Source: Escherichia virus TH24
Strand: one strand, 5' to 3'
Sequence record: MT446398.1
Length of the DNA: 52,806 nucleotides
Part shown: positions 1 to 9,202 of the stretch, piece by piece
Numbering within the stretch: the first letter of the stretch is position 1
Layout of the letters: every line of letters starts with the position of its first letter
Translations under genes and position numbers: made by a program
The notes under the pieces: generated by a model
The model's input: only the letters and a program-made list of their open reading frames with translations
What the model was told of the DNA's origin: nothing
The model's database searches: none

Positions 1-1
1 A

Positions 2-421
2 CGAGTACACCCTAATGCGAAATTACCTGTGTATGCTACAGCTGGCGCTGCTGCTGCTGATGTTTGTACTGTATCCGATACCACTGTTGTTATCAATCCC
101 GGCTCTTCTGTTGTTGTCGATACTGGCCTCCAGTTCGAAGTACCAATTGGATACGAACTCAAAGTGCATAGCCGTTCTGGTCACGGCTTTAAGTCTGGTA
201 TTCGCCTTGCAAACTGCACAGGCATTCTGGATTCCGACTATCGCGGTAATCTTATGGTTAAGCTGCACAACGACTCGGACACAGCCTTTGTTATTCAACC
301 AGGCGAACGTGTTTGTCAAGTGCAAGTTAGTAAAGCTACTCAACACCATTTCGTTGAAGTTGACCACTTAAATTCCACTGTTCGTGGTGAAGGTGGGTTT
401 GGTTCAACTGGACGAGTTTAG
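2..421 (+). CDS. dut: dUTPase, 5'-truncated copy at window start (full copy at 51744-52196)
   Basis: dUTPase motifs SRSG, GILDSDYRG and RGEGGFGSTG; identical to the C-terminal 130 aa of the 51744 ORF. Confidence 0.85.
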   Translation, partial: RVHPNAKLPVYATAGAAAADVCTVSDTTVVINPGSSVVVDTGLQFEVPIGYELKVHSRSGHGFKSGIRLANCTGILDSDYRGNLMVKLHNDSDTAFVIQPGERVCQVQVSKATQHHFVEVDHLNSTVRGEGGFGSTGRV

Positions 422-450
422 TAATTAGTAACTATTTGGAACCTATCTGA

Positions 451-780
451 ATGAAACTGTCCTCACCTGTTATTGTAAATAATCGCAAAGTCAAGTTTGC
501 ATATTTGAAATCCACCGTCACTTCAACTGGCGGTGGTACTTATCTCACCCGTGCACTTGCAACGCGCAATGAAACAGGTGCGGATGTTATCGTTTTCATG
601 CTTCCTCGTGGTGAAAATACAATCAAGAACGTCGAACGTATCAAGCGTGGGCGCGAAGATTTAATGTCGGCTGTAAAGCCGCTGATACTGCCATTTAAGA
701 TTGTGGTGGTTGTTGGTTCTACCCAGCAGTATCTTGAAGATTTCTTTAAAGATATGGATTGGAGCGATATTAAATATTAA
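451..780 (+). CDS. Hypothetical protein (small terminase subunit possible by position only)
   Basis: 109-aa ORF upstream of the terminase large subunit; no recognisable motif. Confidence 0.5.
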   Translation: MKLSSPVIVNNRKVKFAYLKSTVTSTGGGTYLTRALATRNETGADVIVFMLPRGENTIKNVERIKRGREDLMSAVKPLILPFKIVVVVGSTQQYLEDFFKDMDWSDIKY

Positions 781-796
781 GCGGCACGCATAATAG

Positions 797-823
797 GGAG
801 GCTATCTGGCCTCCTATCTTATT
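797..823 (+). terminator. Weak terminator-like hairpin
   Basis: GGAGGC-tatctg-GCCTCC stem-loop followed by TATCTTATT. Confidence 0.3.
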
Positions 824-834
824 CGGAGTCGCTT

Positions 835-1020
835 ATGCGCACAATTCAATGTAGTAACTGCCATTACGAAGTGGCAGAGGATGATTTTATCACCCAACAA
901 TGTCCTATCTGTGATTCATTCATGCCGCTAAATCGGCTCATTTTAAAAGCTGATTCTAGTTTGGGCAACATCATCCGCATCAATCCCGTGCAAACTCAGC
1001 CATTAGTGGATTGTGATTAA
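835..1020 (+). CDS. Small zinc-ribbon protein
   Basis: 61 aa with CSNCH...CPICD (two CxxC pairs); GGAG RBS 6 nt upstream. Confidence 0.5.
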   Translation: MRTIQCSNCHYEVAEDDFITQQCPICDSFMPLNRLILKADSSLGNIIRINPVQTQPLVDCD

Positions 1021-1039
1021 AACCAAAGAGAACGAATCA

Positions 1040-3058
1040 ATGTCAAAGACTGATGACCTCGGACCGGAGTTTAATGATACAGTAGCCTCGTATCTTGCCA
1101 AACACTACGGTGACGTATTAAAAGTCTCAAGAGAAAGATTCTGCATTCTATCTTTGCCATTGCTCCGTCGATATATTTCAGAAAATACTGCAATAGTTGA
1201 CAGCTATGAAGAACAAATTCAAGCAGAGTTAGAAGGCCAGGGTCTGGAAAACGATGCTGTATTGCGTTCCGTTTTCCGAGCACAACTTGAGCGCCTTCGC
1301 TCTGGCGATAAGAAAGATTCAACTGCGTATGCCGACGAGTTGAAGAAAGGAATCCAAGCTGGTGTTTCAGACCGTGTAGCTGGTTCGACTTTAGAAGAGC
1401 CAACTTCTGAACACGACAATACACAAGAGCTTGTTGATAAAATCCTTTATGACCCACACAACGTTGACCCAACTGTAATCCCAGCCAAGGTTGCAGAGCA
1501 AGTCCGTAAAGTTTTGATGAAGAGTTTTGAAGCCTTCGGTAAATGGCAGTTCCACATTCAGATGGGATTCCCATTCCAGTCTCAAGACTTTCACGATGTA
1601 ATATTCAAAGTAGGTCAGAAAGTTGTTGATGGTGAGATTGACCGACTAATTGTCACCATTCCACCACGACATTCCAAGACTCAGCTTATGAGTATTGCAC
1701 TACCACTGTATTCATTTTGCCACAATGAATCAAGCCACAACATCATCACCTCCTATGCAGAAGACGTTGTATTGGAATCAAGTGGTTACATCCGTGCTGT
1801 AATGCTGGACCCACTATTCCAACGCATATTCCCAAAGGTGAGAATCGACCCCAACAAACGTTCCCTTGAACGCTGGGGTACGACCAAAGCTGGAGTTATG
1901 CACGCAGTACCTACTGGTGGTAAATTAACTGGTAAAGGTGCTGGACTTCTTGTCGCAAACTACTCCGGCTGCTTTGTGGTGGATGACGTTATCAAACCGA
2001 AGGATGCCTACTCTGACACAGTTCGGGCAGAAATCAACGACCGATTTGATAACACCTTTATGTCCCGTCTTGCCAATGATGGGTGCATAACTGATTCGCG
2101 TGGAAACCAAATTAAGTGCTCACGTACTCCAATGGTTATCATCATGCAGCGAGTTCATGACCAAGATTTAGTTGGTTATATACTCCGTGGTGGTTCCTCT
2201 GACAAATACCATTATCTCAACATCCCAGCGATTATTGAGAAAGGTGTTGGCAGTGCTCAGTGGTACGACAAATTAATTAAGAAGCAGAACTACACTCATG
2301 CTATCCCTATTCTCTATGATTTGAACAGGAAAGAAGAGAAGTCTGCATTGTGGCCTTCACGTAAGAGTTTAGAATCTTTGGAGGCAATGAAGGAGTCCAA
2401 CCCATACACATACAACTCACAGTATGCTGGCGACCCGTCTGCTCAAGGTCATGGCCTTGTTAAAGAAGACTGGTGGCAAGAGTATGAGCCAGACGCTTTC
2501 GACAGAAGTCGTATAGTTAGAAGTTTCATCACTGCTGATACGGCATCAACTGCCAAGTCTTATTCTGACTATTCGGTCCTTAAGCATTGGGGCGTGACTA
2601 AAGAGCGGGATGTTTATTGTTTAGATATCATGCTCGGTAAGTTTGAAACTCCAGAACTCAAGACTGCTATTATCGACTTCTGGAATAAATGCAATAAGTT
2701 GGATTTGAAATATGTAGGCTGCATTCCTCGTGCTTTGTACATGGAAGATAAGTCTGCTGGACAGTTCTTGAACCAACAATTTATTAGAGATGGGAGTGTC
2801 CGAGTTTTACCACTGCCTCGTGATGGCATTAACGGTAATGACAAGGTAACTCGATTCCTTAACGCAATCCCATATTTCTCCCAAAAGAGGATATTCTTCC
2901 CTGCTGGTCATGAACACATTGACCACGTTAGACGTGAAATACTTGGATTCACTTCTTTGGGTAGTGGTACTGGACACGACGATTGTGTCGATAACGTTTC
3001 AGATATGGTTGCAATCGAATTCTCCGGCCCAAGTGCCAACTACTCGGCATGGATGTAA
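1040..3058 (+). CDS. Terminase large subunit
   Basis: ATPase-like N-terminal region, nuclease-like C-terminal region ending GHDDCVDNVSDMV (typical catalytic Asp motif). ATG 1040 with AAAGAG RBS preferred over the track GTG at 1013. Confidence 0.85.
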   Translation: MSKTDDLGPEFNDTVASYLAKHYGDVLKVSRERFCILSLPLLRRYISENTAIVDSYEEQIQAELEGQGLENDAVLRSVFRAQLERLRSGDKKDSTAYADELKKGIQAGVSDRVAGSTLEEPTSEHDNTQELVDKILYDPHNVDPTVIPAKVAEQVRKVLMKSFEAFGKWQFHIQMGFPFQSQDFHDVIFKVGQKVVDGEIDRLIVTIPPRHSKTQLMSIALPLYSFCHNESSHNIITSYAEDVVLESSGYIRAVMLDPLFQRIFPKVRIDPNKRSLERWGTTKAGVMHAVPTGGKLTGKGAGLLVANYSGCFVVDDVIKPKDAYSDTVRAEINDRFDNTFMSRLANDGCITDSRGNQIKCSRTPMVIIMQRVHDQDLVGYILRGGSSDKYHYLNIPAIIEKGVGSAQWYDKLIKKQNYTHAIPILYDLNRKEEKSALWPSRKSLESLEAMKESNPYTYNSQYAGDPSAQGHGLVKEDWWQEYEPDAFDRSRIVRSFITADTASTAKSYSDYSVLKHWGVTKERDVYCLDIMLGKFETPELKTAIIDFWNKCNKLDLKYVGCIPRALYMEDKSAGQFLNQQFIRDGSVRVLPLPRDGINGNDKVTRFLNAIPYFSQKRIFFPAGHEHIDHVRREILGFTSLGSGTGHDDCVDNVSDMVAIEFSGPSANYSAWM

Positions 3059-3273
3059 ATATGGCGGTTATCACTCGCTTAGATGCCCGCTCACGCAAGA
3101 ACAACTCCCTCCAGATTCAAGATTTGGAAGGGAACATTTTGTGTGTGATTGAGGCAGTTTCTACCACAGAGAGTGACTGTGTTAAATTAAAACACGAGTC
3201 AAATCTGCGACTCCACACCTCCGACAACATTCAAATTGTTAAAGGTAATGGAACTGTTCTAAGGAAGAAATAA
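3049..3273 (+). CDS. Hypothetical protein
   Basis: 74-aa ORF between terminase and portal; its stop overlaps the portal ATG (TAATG). Confidence 0.4.
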   Translation: MDVNMAVITRLDARSRKNNSLQIQDLEGNILCVIEAVSTTESDCVKLKHESNLRLHTSDNIQIVKGNGTVLRKK

Positions 3274-4589
3274 TGACTTCCAAAAAGAAAAACAATCTCT
3301 CTGTTAAAGTTGCAGATGGGTTAGAAAACCTTGTAACAGGGTTGGGCGGTCAGGCAGATAAGTCTACTTTTAACCAGTGGTCTTTCTCCAACAAGAACGC
3401 GAACTATCGCGAACTGATGAACCGCTTCCGTGAGGATTGGGTATCACAGAAAGTGTGTACCGTTATTCCTCAAGACATGACGCGTAAGTGGCGACATATT
3501 GATAGTGAAGAAGGGCGCAAAGCTGATAAGAAACTTCGTATCCGCAAACTGTTCCGTGAAGCATATCAATGGGCCAGACTGTATGGGACTTCATTTGTAT
3601 TACTCGACCTGAAAGGGACGGGTAAACTTGATACACCATTGCGTCTGGATAACTTGAAGACTGGATGTATTAAATCCATGAGAGTTATTGACCGCTCACG
3701 CTTATTTGCCGCAGGAACTATGGTGCTGGACCCTTTGAGTCCTCATTATGGTTTGCCAGAGTTTTACACTTTGGCGGGGTATCCCGGCTATATCCATTAC
3801 ACTCGTTTCCTTCGGTTCGAGGGTACTGAACTTCCACTGTTCGAATTCCAACGTAACATGTGGTATTCTGATTCGGTACTTATTCCACTGCTGAAAACGA
3901 TTGACCAATTTTATACAACCGCTGCTGCTGCTGCCAGCCTTGCTCAAGAAGCCACAATTGATGTGGTAACTGTTGAAGGCTTACAATCTCTGCTTACATC
4001 ACCTGAAGGTGAAGCTGCTGTGATGAAGCGCTTCAAACTCATGAAGCTGGCAAAGAGTATTTATAATGTCCTAATTCTCGACAACACTGAGAAGTATGAC
4101 ACCAAGTCAATTGCACTATCTGGTGTGAAAGATTTGATTTGGGAATACTTAAAGATAGTTGCTGCCGCAGTTGGTATTCCGGCTACACGTTTCCTTTCTG
4201 CATCTCCAGACGGTATGAACGCTACGGGCGAATCTGACCTCGTAAACTATATCGACTTGTTGACAGGCTTGCAGACTTCTGTCTTTGACCCACGTTTAGA
4301 TGTGGTAGATAAGATTGTCCAGGCGCACTTTGGCATTGAAGAATATGACTATGAATGGTTAGATATCTTCCCTGAATCCAACGTTGAGAAAGCGAAGCGA
4401 GCTAAAGATTTGGCATTCGCTGTTGACCTGCTGGTTAACAATGGAACCATTACTACAGAAGTTGCAAACGAAGTCATGTTCCATTCGGGCGTGTTCGGAA
4501 CTTGCGACCTGGGCAAGCCAAATCCTAAACCTCCTAACATCCAAAAGGGTAACGCAAGTGAAGCAAAGCCAAAACCTGGTTCAGCTTAA
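3273..4589 (+). CDS. Portal protein (putative)
   Basis: 438 aa directly after terminase; AGGAAG RBS; N-terminal LENLVTGLGGQADKS resembles portal families. Confidence 0.6.
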   Translation: MTSKKKNNLSVKVADGLENLVTGLGGQADKSTFNQWSFSNKNANYRELMNRFREDWVSQKVCTVIPQDMTRKWRHIDSEEGRKADKKLRIRKLFREAYQWARLYGTSFVLLDLKGTGKLDTPLRLDNLKTGCIKSMRVIDRSRLFAAGTMVLDPLSPHYGLPEFYTLAGYPGYIHYTRFLRFEGTELPLFEFQRNMWYSDSVLIPLLKTIDQFYTTAAAAASLAQEATIDVVTVEGLQSLLTSPEGEAAVMKRFKLMKLAKSIYNVLILDNTEKYDTKSIALSGVKDLIWEYLKIVAAAVGIPATRFLSASPDGMNATGESDLVNYIDLLTGLQTSVFDPRLDVVDKIVQAHFGIEEYDYEWLDIFPESNVEKAKRAKDLAFAVDLLVNNGTITTEVANEVMFHSGVFGTCDLGKPNPKPPNIQKGNASEAKPKPGSA

Positions 4590-4602
4590 CGACGAAGATA
4601 CC

Positions 4603-5622
4603 GTGAATGAAGTAGTTTTGTTAACCGACAAGGCCACTCTGACGACCCGTCGTTTACGCGACTCTGGCGAAATGATTGCAGAATGCACCATTGCTCGTAC
4701 TGGCATTATGCTGTACAAAGCGAAAGAACTTGGTGAGATTGCAAAACATCTAGACCCAGAATCTATTTGCCGTGTTCGCACCAAGCCGGAAGTATTATTT
4801 GATGAGGCAACCATTGAAGGTTGTCGTTCAATTCCGGTTACTATCGGTCATCCAAAAGATGACGTCAATATTAAGAACAACAAAGAACTCCAGAAAGGGT
4901 TCATCGAAGGTCGTCCAATTGCAGACGGCTCTTTCTTGGCTGCATCAATCGTTTTGAATGACGAGCAAGCCATCCGATTAGTTGATTCTGGTGTTGACCA
5001 AATCTCCCTGGGCCATAATGCCGAACTGGCTGTTGCAGAAGATGCTGATGCAGACTTCGACAAAGTTCGTATTATCCCTAACCATGCTGCAATTGTTGTT
5101 CGTGGTCGTGCTCAGACTACTCGCATTGGTGACTCTGGTGAAGAGATTTCCATTGTTGATAAGGCAACCTTTGATGTTGTTGAAGCAGAGCGTGATGCGG
5201 CGCTTGACAAGATTAGCACCCTTGAGCAGAAACTTGCTGATGCAGAAACTGCACGACTATCAGATGAAGCCATTCAGGCTGAGGTAGACAAACGTGTTGT
5301 TGCTCGTACAGCACTTCTCATTGATGTGGCCCGTCTTGGCGACGAGTTCTCCAGTCTTGATTTCTCCGGCAAGTCCGATTCGGAAGTTAAGTTGGCTGTA
5401 GTTAATAAATTGCATGACAAGGATTTCAGCGACAAGAGTGAAGATTATATCTCCGCTCGTTTCGATGCAGCACTTGAAGATTGTGATTCCATTACTTTGG
5501 GCGATGCCCTGAGCCAATCTATGCAATTCACTGCTAAGAAAGATTCAGAAGCTCGTAAGCCTAAAGTTTCTATTTCCGAAGAAGCTAACAAACGTCGTTT
5601 AGAACGCTTCAACTCTTTATAA
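4603..5622 (+). CDS. Scaffolding or prohead maturation protein (putative)
   Basis: Position between portal and capsid genes; C-terminal coiled-coil-like EAERDAALDKISTLEQKLADAE. Start uncertain: GTG 4603 or ATG 4672 (track start 4384 overlaps portal by ~200 nt). Confidence 0.45.
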   Translation: MNEVVLLTDKATLTTRRLRDSGEMIAECTIARTGIMLYKAKELGEIAKHLDPESICRVRTKPEVLFDEATIEGCRSIPVTIGHPKDDVNIKNNKELQKGFIEGRPIADGSFLAASIVLNDEQAIRLVDSGVDQISLGHNAELAVAEDADADFDKVRIIPNHAAIVVRGRAQTTRIGDSGEEISIVDKATFDVVEAERDAALDKISTLEQKLADAETARLSDEAIQAEVDKRVVARTALLIDVARLGDEFSSLDFSGKSDSEVKLAVVNKLHDKDFSDKSEDYISARFDAALEDCDSITLGDALSQSMQFTAKKDSEARKPKVSISEEANKRRLERFNSL

Positions 5623-5631
5623 GGTAAGACA

Positions 5632-6105
5632 ATGCCAAAGCAAGATTGGTCTATTAATACTGGTGCAGCATATGCGGGTGAGCAATATGGCCTGGCTACC
5701 ACTAACTCTCAGCGCCTGACTTTCAATGCTGAAACTGAAATGGCTAACTTTGGTTTAGCTGTTGTTCAGGGTACTGCTTCCAACCAGGTTAAGCCTGGTA
5801 TTGAAGCCGACGGCACTGTTCTGGGCATTACTATGCGCCAGATTAACATCGAATCTGCAACCCGTCCTGGTGACGGCACTGTTGCAATCAAAGCTGGCTG
5901 GCCTCTGGGCGTCATGCTGTCTGGCCCAATCATGGTTAAACTGGTTACTGCAATCACTGACAAGAACATTGGCGTGTCTGCCACTGGTCAATTTGGTGGT
6001 GTTGGTGCTGGCTATACTGCTGCTACCAACCTGACTGCACTTCGCTATCCGGCTGCTGCTGGTGATGTTGTTCCTGTCATGATTAACGTAGTCCCAAAGT
6101 CGTAA
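5632..6105 (+). CDS. Capsid decoration-like structural protein
   Basis: 157 aa, AAGG RBS, host-optimal codon usage suggesting high expression; sits just upstream of the major capsid gene. Confidence 0.5.
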   Translation: MPKQDWSINTGAAYAGEQYGLATTNSQRLTFNAETEMANFGLAVVQGTASNQVKPGIEADGTVLGITMRQINIESATRPGDGTVAIKAGWPLGVMLSGPIMVKLVTAITDKNIGVSATGQFGGVGAGYTAATNLTALRYPAAAGDVVPVMINVVPKS

Positions 6106-6398
6106 CGCCACCTCCAGCACCGACCGTTACTGCGGTAGCGGCGGCTGTGACTGCTGATGCTTCAACTACGGATGCTACCGTAACTGCTGATAAACTGTTT
6201 ACGTTTGCAAACTCTGTTGCTAGCGACTACAACTTCACTGTTGACCCAGCGGTCACTGGAGTCTCTGTGGCGGCTAATGGTACTGTAACTGTTGCAACTG
6301 CGACGATTGGTACTGCGACCTCTGCAACAATCAAAGCAACTCATAAGACTGCATCTGGTGTAACTGCTACTAAAGCAATCACCATTACGCACCCTTAA
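6087..6398 (+). CDS. Frameshift extension (-1 frame) encoding a Pro-rich linker and Ig-like domain
   Basis: The -1 frame opens right after TAA 6084-6086 and overlaps the slippery heptamer C_CCA_AAG (6093-6099) in the last codons of the upstream gene; encodes PPPAP then a Thr/Val/Ala-rich beta-like domain. Confidence 0.45.
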   Translation, partial: RSPKVVTPPPAPTVTAVAAAVTADASTTDATVTADKLFTFANSVASDYNFTVDPAVTGVSVAANGTVTVATATIGTATSATIKATHKTASGVTATKAITITHP

Positions 6399-6406
6399 GT
6401 TTAATT

Positions 6407-6426
6407 GGCGTAGAATAATCTGCGCC
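6407..6426 (+). other. Stem-loop upstream of major capsid gene (terminator or RNA processing site)
   Basis: GGCGTAGA-ataa-TCTGCGCC, 8-bp stem. Confidence 0.3.
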
Positions 6427-6442
6427 TAATGGAATAAATTTA

Positions 6443-7450
6443 ATGCCAAAGATGATTAAACTGGCCGACGGTTCTGAATTTGAACTGAATGATGCCATCA
6501 CCCGTATCCAGGACTCTGGCACCGTTGTTTTGAATGACGACGACGCAGTGTTCTTTCAACGTCAGCTTGAGTTCATTGAAGCTCAAACTTACGACACCCT
6601 GTATCCTGAACTGGAAGCTCGTGCTGCTTTCGGTGTTGATACTACTGGCGGCGCTGGTGTTAACACGCTGACCTACCGTTCATACAACCATGTTGGTAAA
6701 GCTCAGGTAATTAACGCCCGTGCAACCGACCTGCCGAAGTCCAGCATTTCTGGCAAAGAATACAGCGTAACAGTTAAGTCTGTTGGTACTGCATTCGACT
6801 ATGATATTGACGAAGTTGCATCTGCTGCTGTAACCGGTCTGCCGCTGGAAACTCGTAAAGCAAATGCTGCGATTCGTGGTTACGAGCAGTATGTAAACTC
6901 CGCTGCATGGTACGGCGACCAGGCTAACGGCTTCGTTGGCTTCTTCGAAAACCCAGACGTTACCAAAGCAACTGTTGCTCAGGGCGCTGGCAGTTCTACC
7001 AAGTGGAACGAGAAGACTCCGACCGAAGTTATTGCTGACCTGACCACTGCTGTGTCTGCAATGTACGCATCTACTCTGAAAATCATGCGTCCTTCTGAAA
7101 TCTGGATGCCTGTTGAGCATGAGCAGTACATCTTCAACACCGCACGTTCTGAGCAGTCTGACAAGACTATCGGTCAGTTCTTCATTGACAACAACCAGTT
7201 CATCAACTCCCGCGACAAAATCAAGGGTCTGAACGCAATCAAAGGTCACGGCGCTTCTGGTGCAGATTGCTTCGTAGTTGTATGCCGCGAAGCTATGGGC
7301 AACCGCACCTTCCGTCTGCGTGAACCGCTGCCGTTAACTTGGCAACCCGTTCAGCTGCATGGTCTGGTTTATGAAGTACCTGGCCGTGGCCGTTTCGCTG
7401 GCTTCCAGGCAATGTATCCGGCAGCAATCTCCATCAACTCCGGTATTTAA
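6443..7450 (+). CDS. Major capsid protein (putative)
   Basis: 335 aa at the capsid position, strong host-optimal codon usage, flanked by hairpins. Confidence 0.65.
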   Translation: MPKMIKLADGSEFELNDAITRIQDSGTVVLNDDDAVFFQRQLEFIEAQTYDTLYPELEARAAFGVDTTGGAGVNTLTYRSYNHVGKAQVINARATDLPKSSISGKEYSVTVKSVGTAFDYDIDEVASAAVTGLPLETRKANAAIRGYEQYVNSAAWYGDQANGFVGFFENPDVTKATVAQGAGSSTKWNEKTPTEVIADLTTAVSAMYASTLKIMRPSEIWMPVEHEQYIFNTARSEQSDKTIGQFFIDNNQFINSRDKIKGLNAIKGHGASGADCFVVVCREAMGNRTFRLREPLPLTWQPVQLHGLVYEVPGRGRFAGFQAMYPAAISINSGI

Positions 7451-7457
7451 TCCCGAT

Positions 7458-7482
7458 GGCGGGAGAAATCTCGCCTAATTTA
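7458..7482 (+). terminator. Rho-independent terminator after capsid gene
   Basis: GGCGGGA-gaaa-TCTCGCC (GNRA loop) followed by TAATTTA. Confidence 0.5.
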
Positions 7483-7493
7483 AGAGAAATGTA

Positions 7494-7934
7494 ATGCAGC
7501 TTAAGAACAACGAAACTCGCAACCTCCAATTCTTCTTCTACAAGAAGGATAAATCTGGCAAACCTGTGCTGGATTTTGTACATATTCCTGGCGGTGCAAC
7601 TGTTGAAATTGATGATGAAGTGTATAAAGCAATTACCTCTTCTGTCACTGAAGTTGAAGTGATGCGTGAAGAAGTAGTTAAGCTGGACGACTCCAACATC
7701 GGTGCTGACGTTAAGTCTGGCAAAGAAGCACTCGTGATTAAGGAATATTACACCACGGGTAAAACTCGTAAAGTAAACCTGGTCAAAGAAGCTATCAAAG
7801 CTGGCAGTCTATCTATTGTTGAACGCGTGAAAGTTGGTATGCCTGACATTGATAAAGTGTTGGTTGCTAATGGTGTGAACATCAAAGATATGCCGGAAGA
7901 AGCTAAACTGGCCCTCTACGATAAGTTGGCATAA
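7494..7934 (+). CDS. Hypothetical structural protein
   Basis: 146-aa ORF in the head module. Confidence 0.5.
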   Translation: MQLKNNETRNLQFFFYKKDKSGKPVLDFVHIPGGATVEIDDEVYKAITSSVTEVEVMREEVVKLDDSNIGADVKSGKEALVIKEYYTTGKTRKVNLVKEAIKAGSLSIVERVKVGMPDIDKVLVANGVNIKDMPEEAKLALYDKLA

Positions 7935-8323
7935 TGATTACACTGACCGATTTGGTGAAACGTTATCCGGCTATGGCTGACATGACCCAAGGCCGTTTTG
8001 ATATCTTAGTTGAAGATGCAAAACTTGTGATGGGTACAATCGAATCGCGTTGGTGTGGGTTTTATGACCCAGCTATGGCATCACTTGTCGCGCATTGGTC
8101 TTCAACAATTGACGACATAATGCCTGGTGATGCCGCAATGCCAGCTATGCCTGTAAGTCGTACCGATGTGGACGATGTACAGGTAGAGTTCAGCGACCGA
8201 ATCATTTCGACTATTCCATATATCGAAGCTGATTTCATGTCAACCGTATACGGTCAACGTTATTTGCAATGGCGGCGCATGGCATTTGCTGGGCCGAGGG
8301 TAAGTCCTGGGTTCCAGTTTTGA
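7934..8323 (+). CDS. Head-tail connector or neck protein (putative)
   Basis: 129 aa, TAATG coupling to the upstream gene. Confidence 0.5.
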   Translation: MITLTDLVKRYPAMADMTQGRFDILVEDAKLVMGTIESRWCGFYDPAMASLVAHWSSTIDDIMPGDAAMPAMPVSRTDVDDVQVEFSDRIISTIPYIEADFMSTVYGQRYLQWRRMAFAGPRVSPGFQF

Positions 8324-8685
8324 TTAATCAACGCTTAGCTTTCAACAAATACACAACCACTGGTCGTCCCACCCTTGCAGTATATGTAGAAGGTCATTAC
8401 GACAATCTTAATAATTGGGTGGAAGATTCCTGGAAACCTCCGAAGAAGTTCCGCTGTACTCCTATTGCATATGGTGACAGGGATTCGGGTGTAGCTGGTC
8501 AACAGCTTAAAGCAACGGATGTTGGAGAACGTCAACCATCATTCATGAAGATTCATAGTCGTACTGAGATGCCGATGAAATCAATCATCACTGTTTATGG
8601 CATTCAGTATAAAGTTATAGCAATAAACGATTATGAAGATGCCGGATTCTTCTCTGTAATTGCCGCTCGTGTACTGGAGAAGTGA
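8269..8685 (+). CDS. Hypothetical neck or tail-completion protein
   Basis: 138-aa ORF overlapping the previous gene by 55 nt; an alternative TTG start at 8320 would overlap the upstream stop. Confidence 0.45.
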   Translation: MAAHGICWAEGKSWVPVLINQRLAFNKYTTTGRPTLAVYVEGHYDNLNNWVEDSWKPPKKFRCTPIAYGDRDSGVAGQQLKATDVGERQPSFMKIHSRTEMPMKSIITVYGIQYKVIAINDYEDAGFFSVIAARVLEK

Positions 8686-9200
8686 TGGATATTCGACTCG
8701 AAGAACTACAATCCATGAAAGAGATTGTAGATGTATGTGTGGGCATCCCACAATTTACATACAACATGCAGATTAACGCTCCCCGACCCCATGGTGAGTA
8801 TGCTGCAATCAAATGTTTATCAAGCACCAACCCAGGTTTTGACGAGAACAGGATAGTAACCATTGATGGTGAAGAAATGTTCCGTACTCGTGGTGTTCGT
8901 ATTCTGACATTTGCAATATTGTTTTCTCGTGAGGGTGATGAATTTATCAAGTTTGATAATTCGTTTTACCGTCCCGATGTTCAAGCCAAATTGAAGCAGG
9001 AGAAGTTTGCTGCTCTTGGTAAAGAACCTTTAAATCTTGCCACCATACAAATGGAAACCAATTGGGAAGTTCGCCAAGCGGTTAAAATGCAATTCAATAT
9101 TATTCGTGGAGATTTGAGTCCTATCGGAGTCATGTCTGGCGCATATGTTGGTGGCAACTTCTATGATGGTAATACACTTATCACAACCAAAAAGGTTTAA
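8682..9200 (+). CDS. Hypothetical tail-completion protein
   Basis: 172 aa, GGAG RBS, GTGATG overlap with upstream stop. Confidence 0.5.
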   Translation: MMDIRLEELQSMKEIVDVCVGIPQFTYNMQINAPRPHGEYAAIKCLSSTNPGFDENRIVTIDGEEMFRTRGVRILTFAILFSREGDEFIKFDNSFYRPDVQAKLKQEKFAALGKEPLNLATIQMETNWEVRQAVKMQFNIIRGDLSPIGVMSGAYVGGNFYDGNTLITTKKV

Positions 9201-9202
9201 TA

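Larger units (their letters stand above)
1..1031. repeat. Terminal redundancy, left copy (identical to 51776-52806 except one mismatch at 994)
   Basis: Direct comparison of window ends: same sequence, same ORFs (dut 3' part, 109-aa ORF, 61-aa zinc-ribbon ORF, terminase start). Window stops at 52806, so true repeat length is unknown. Confidence 0.8.

Noticed and set aside
6680-7249. 189-aa minus-strand ORF inside the major capsid gene
   Set aside because: Antisense to a highly expressed capsid gene with strong codon bias; classic shadow ORF.
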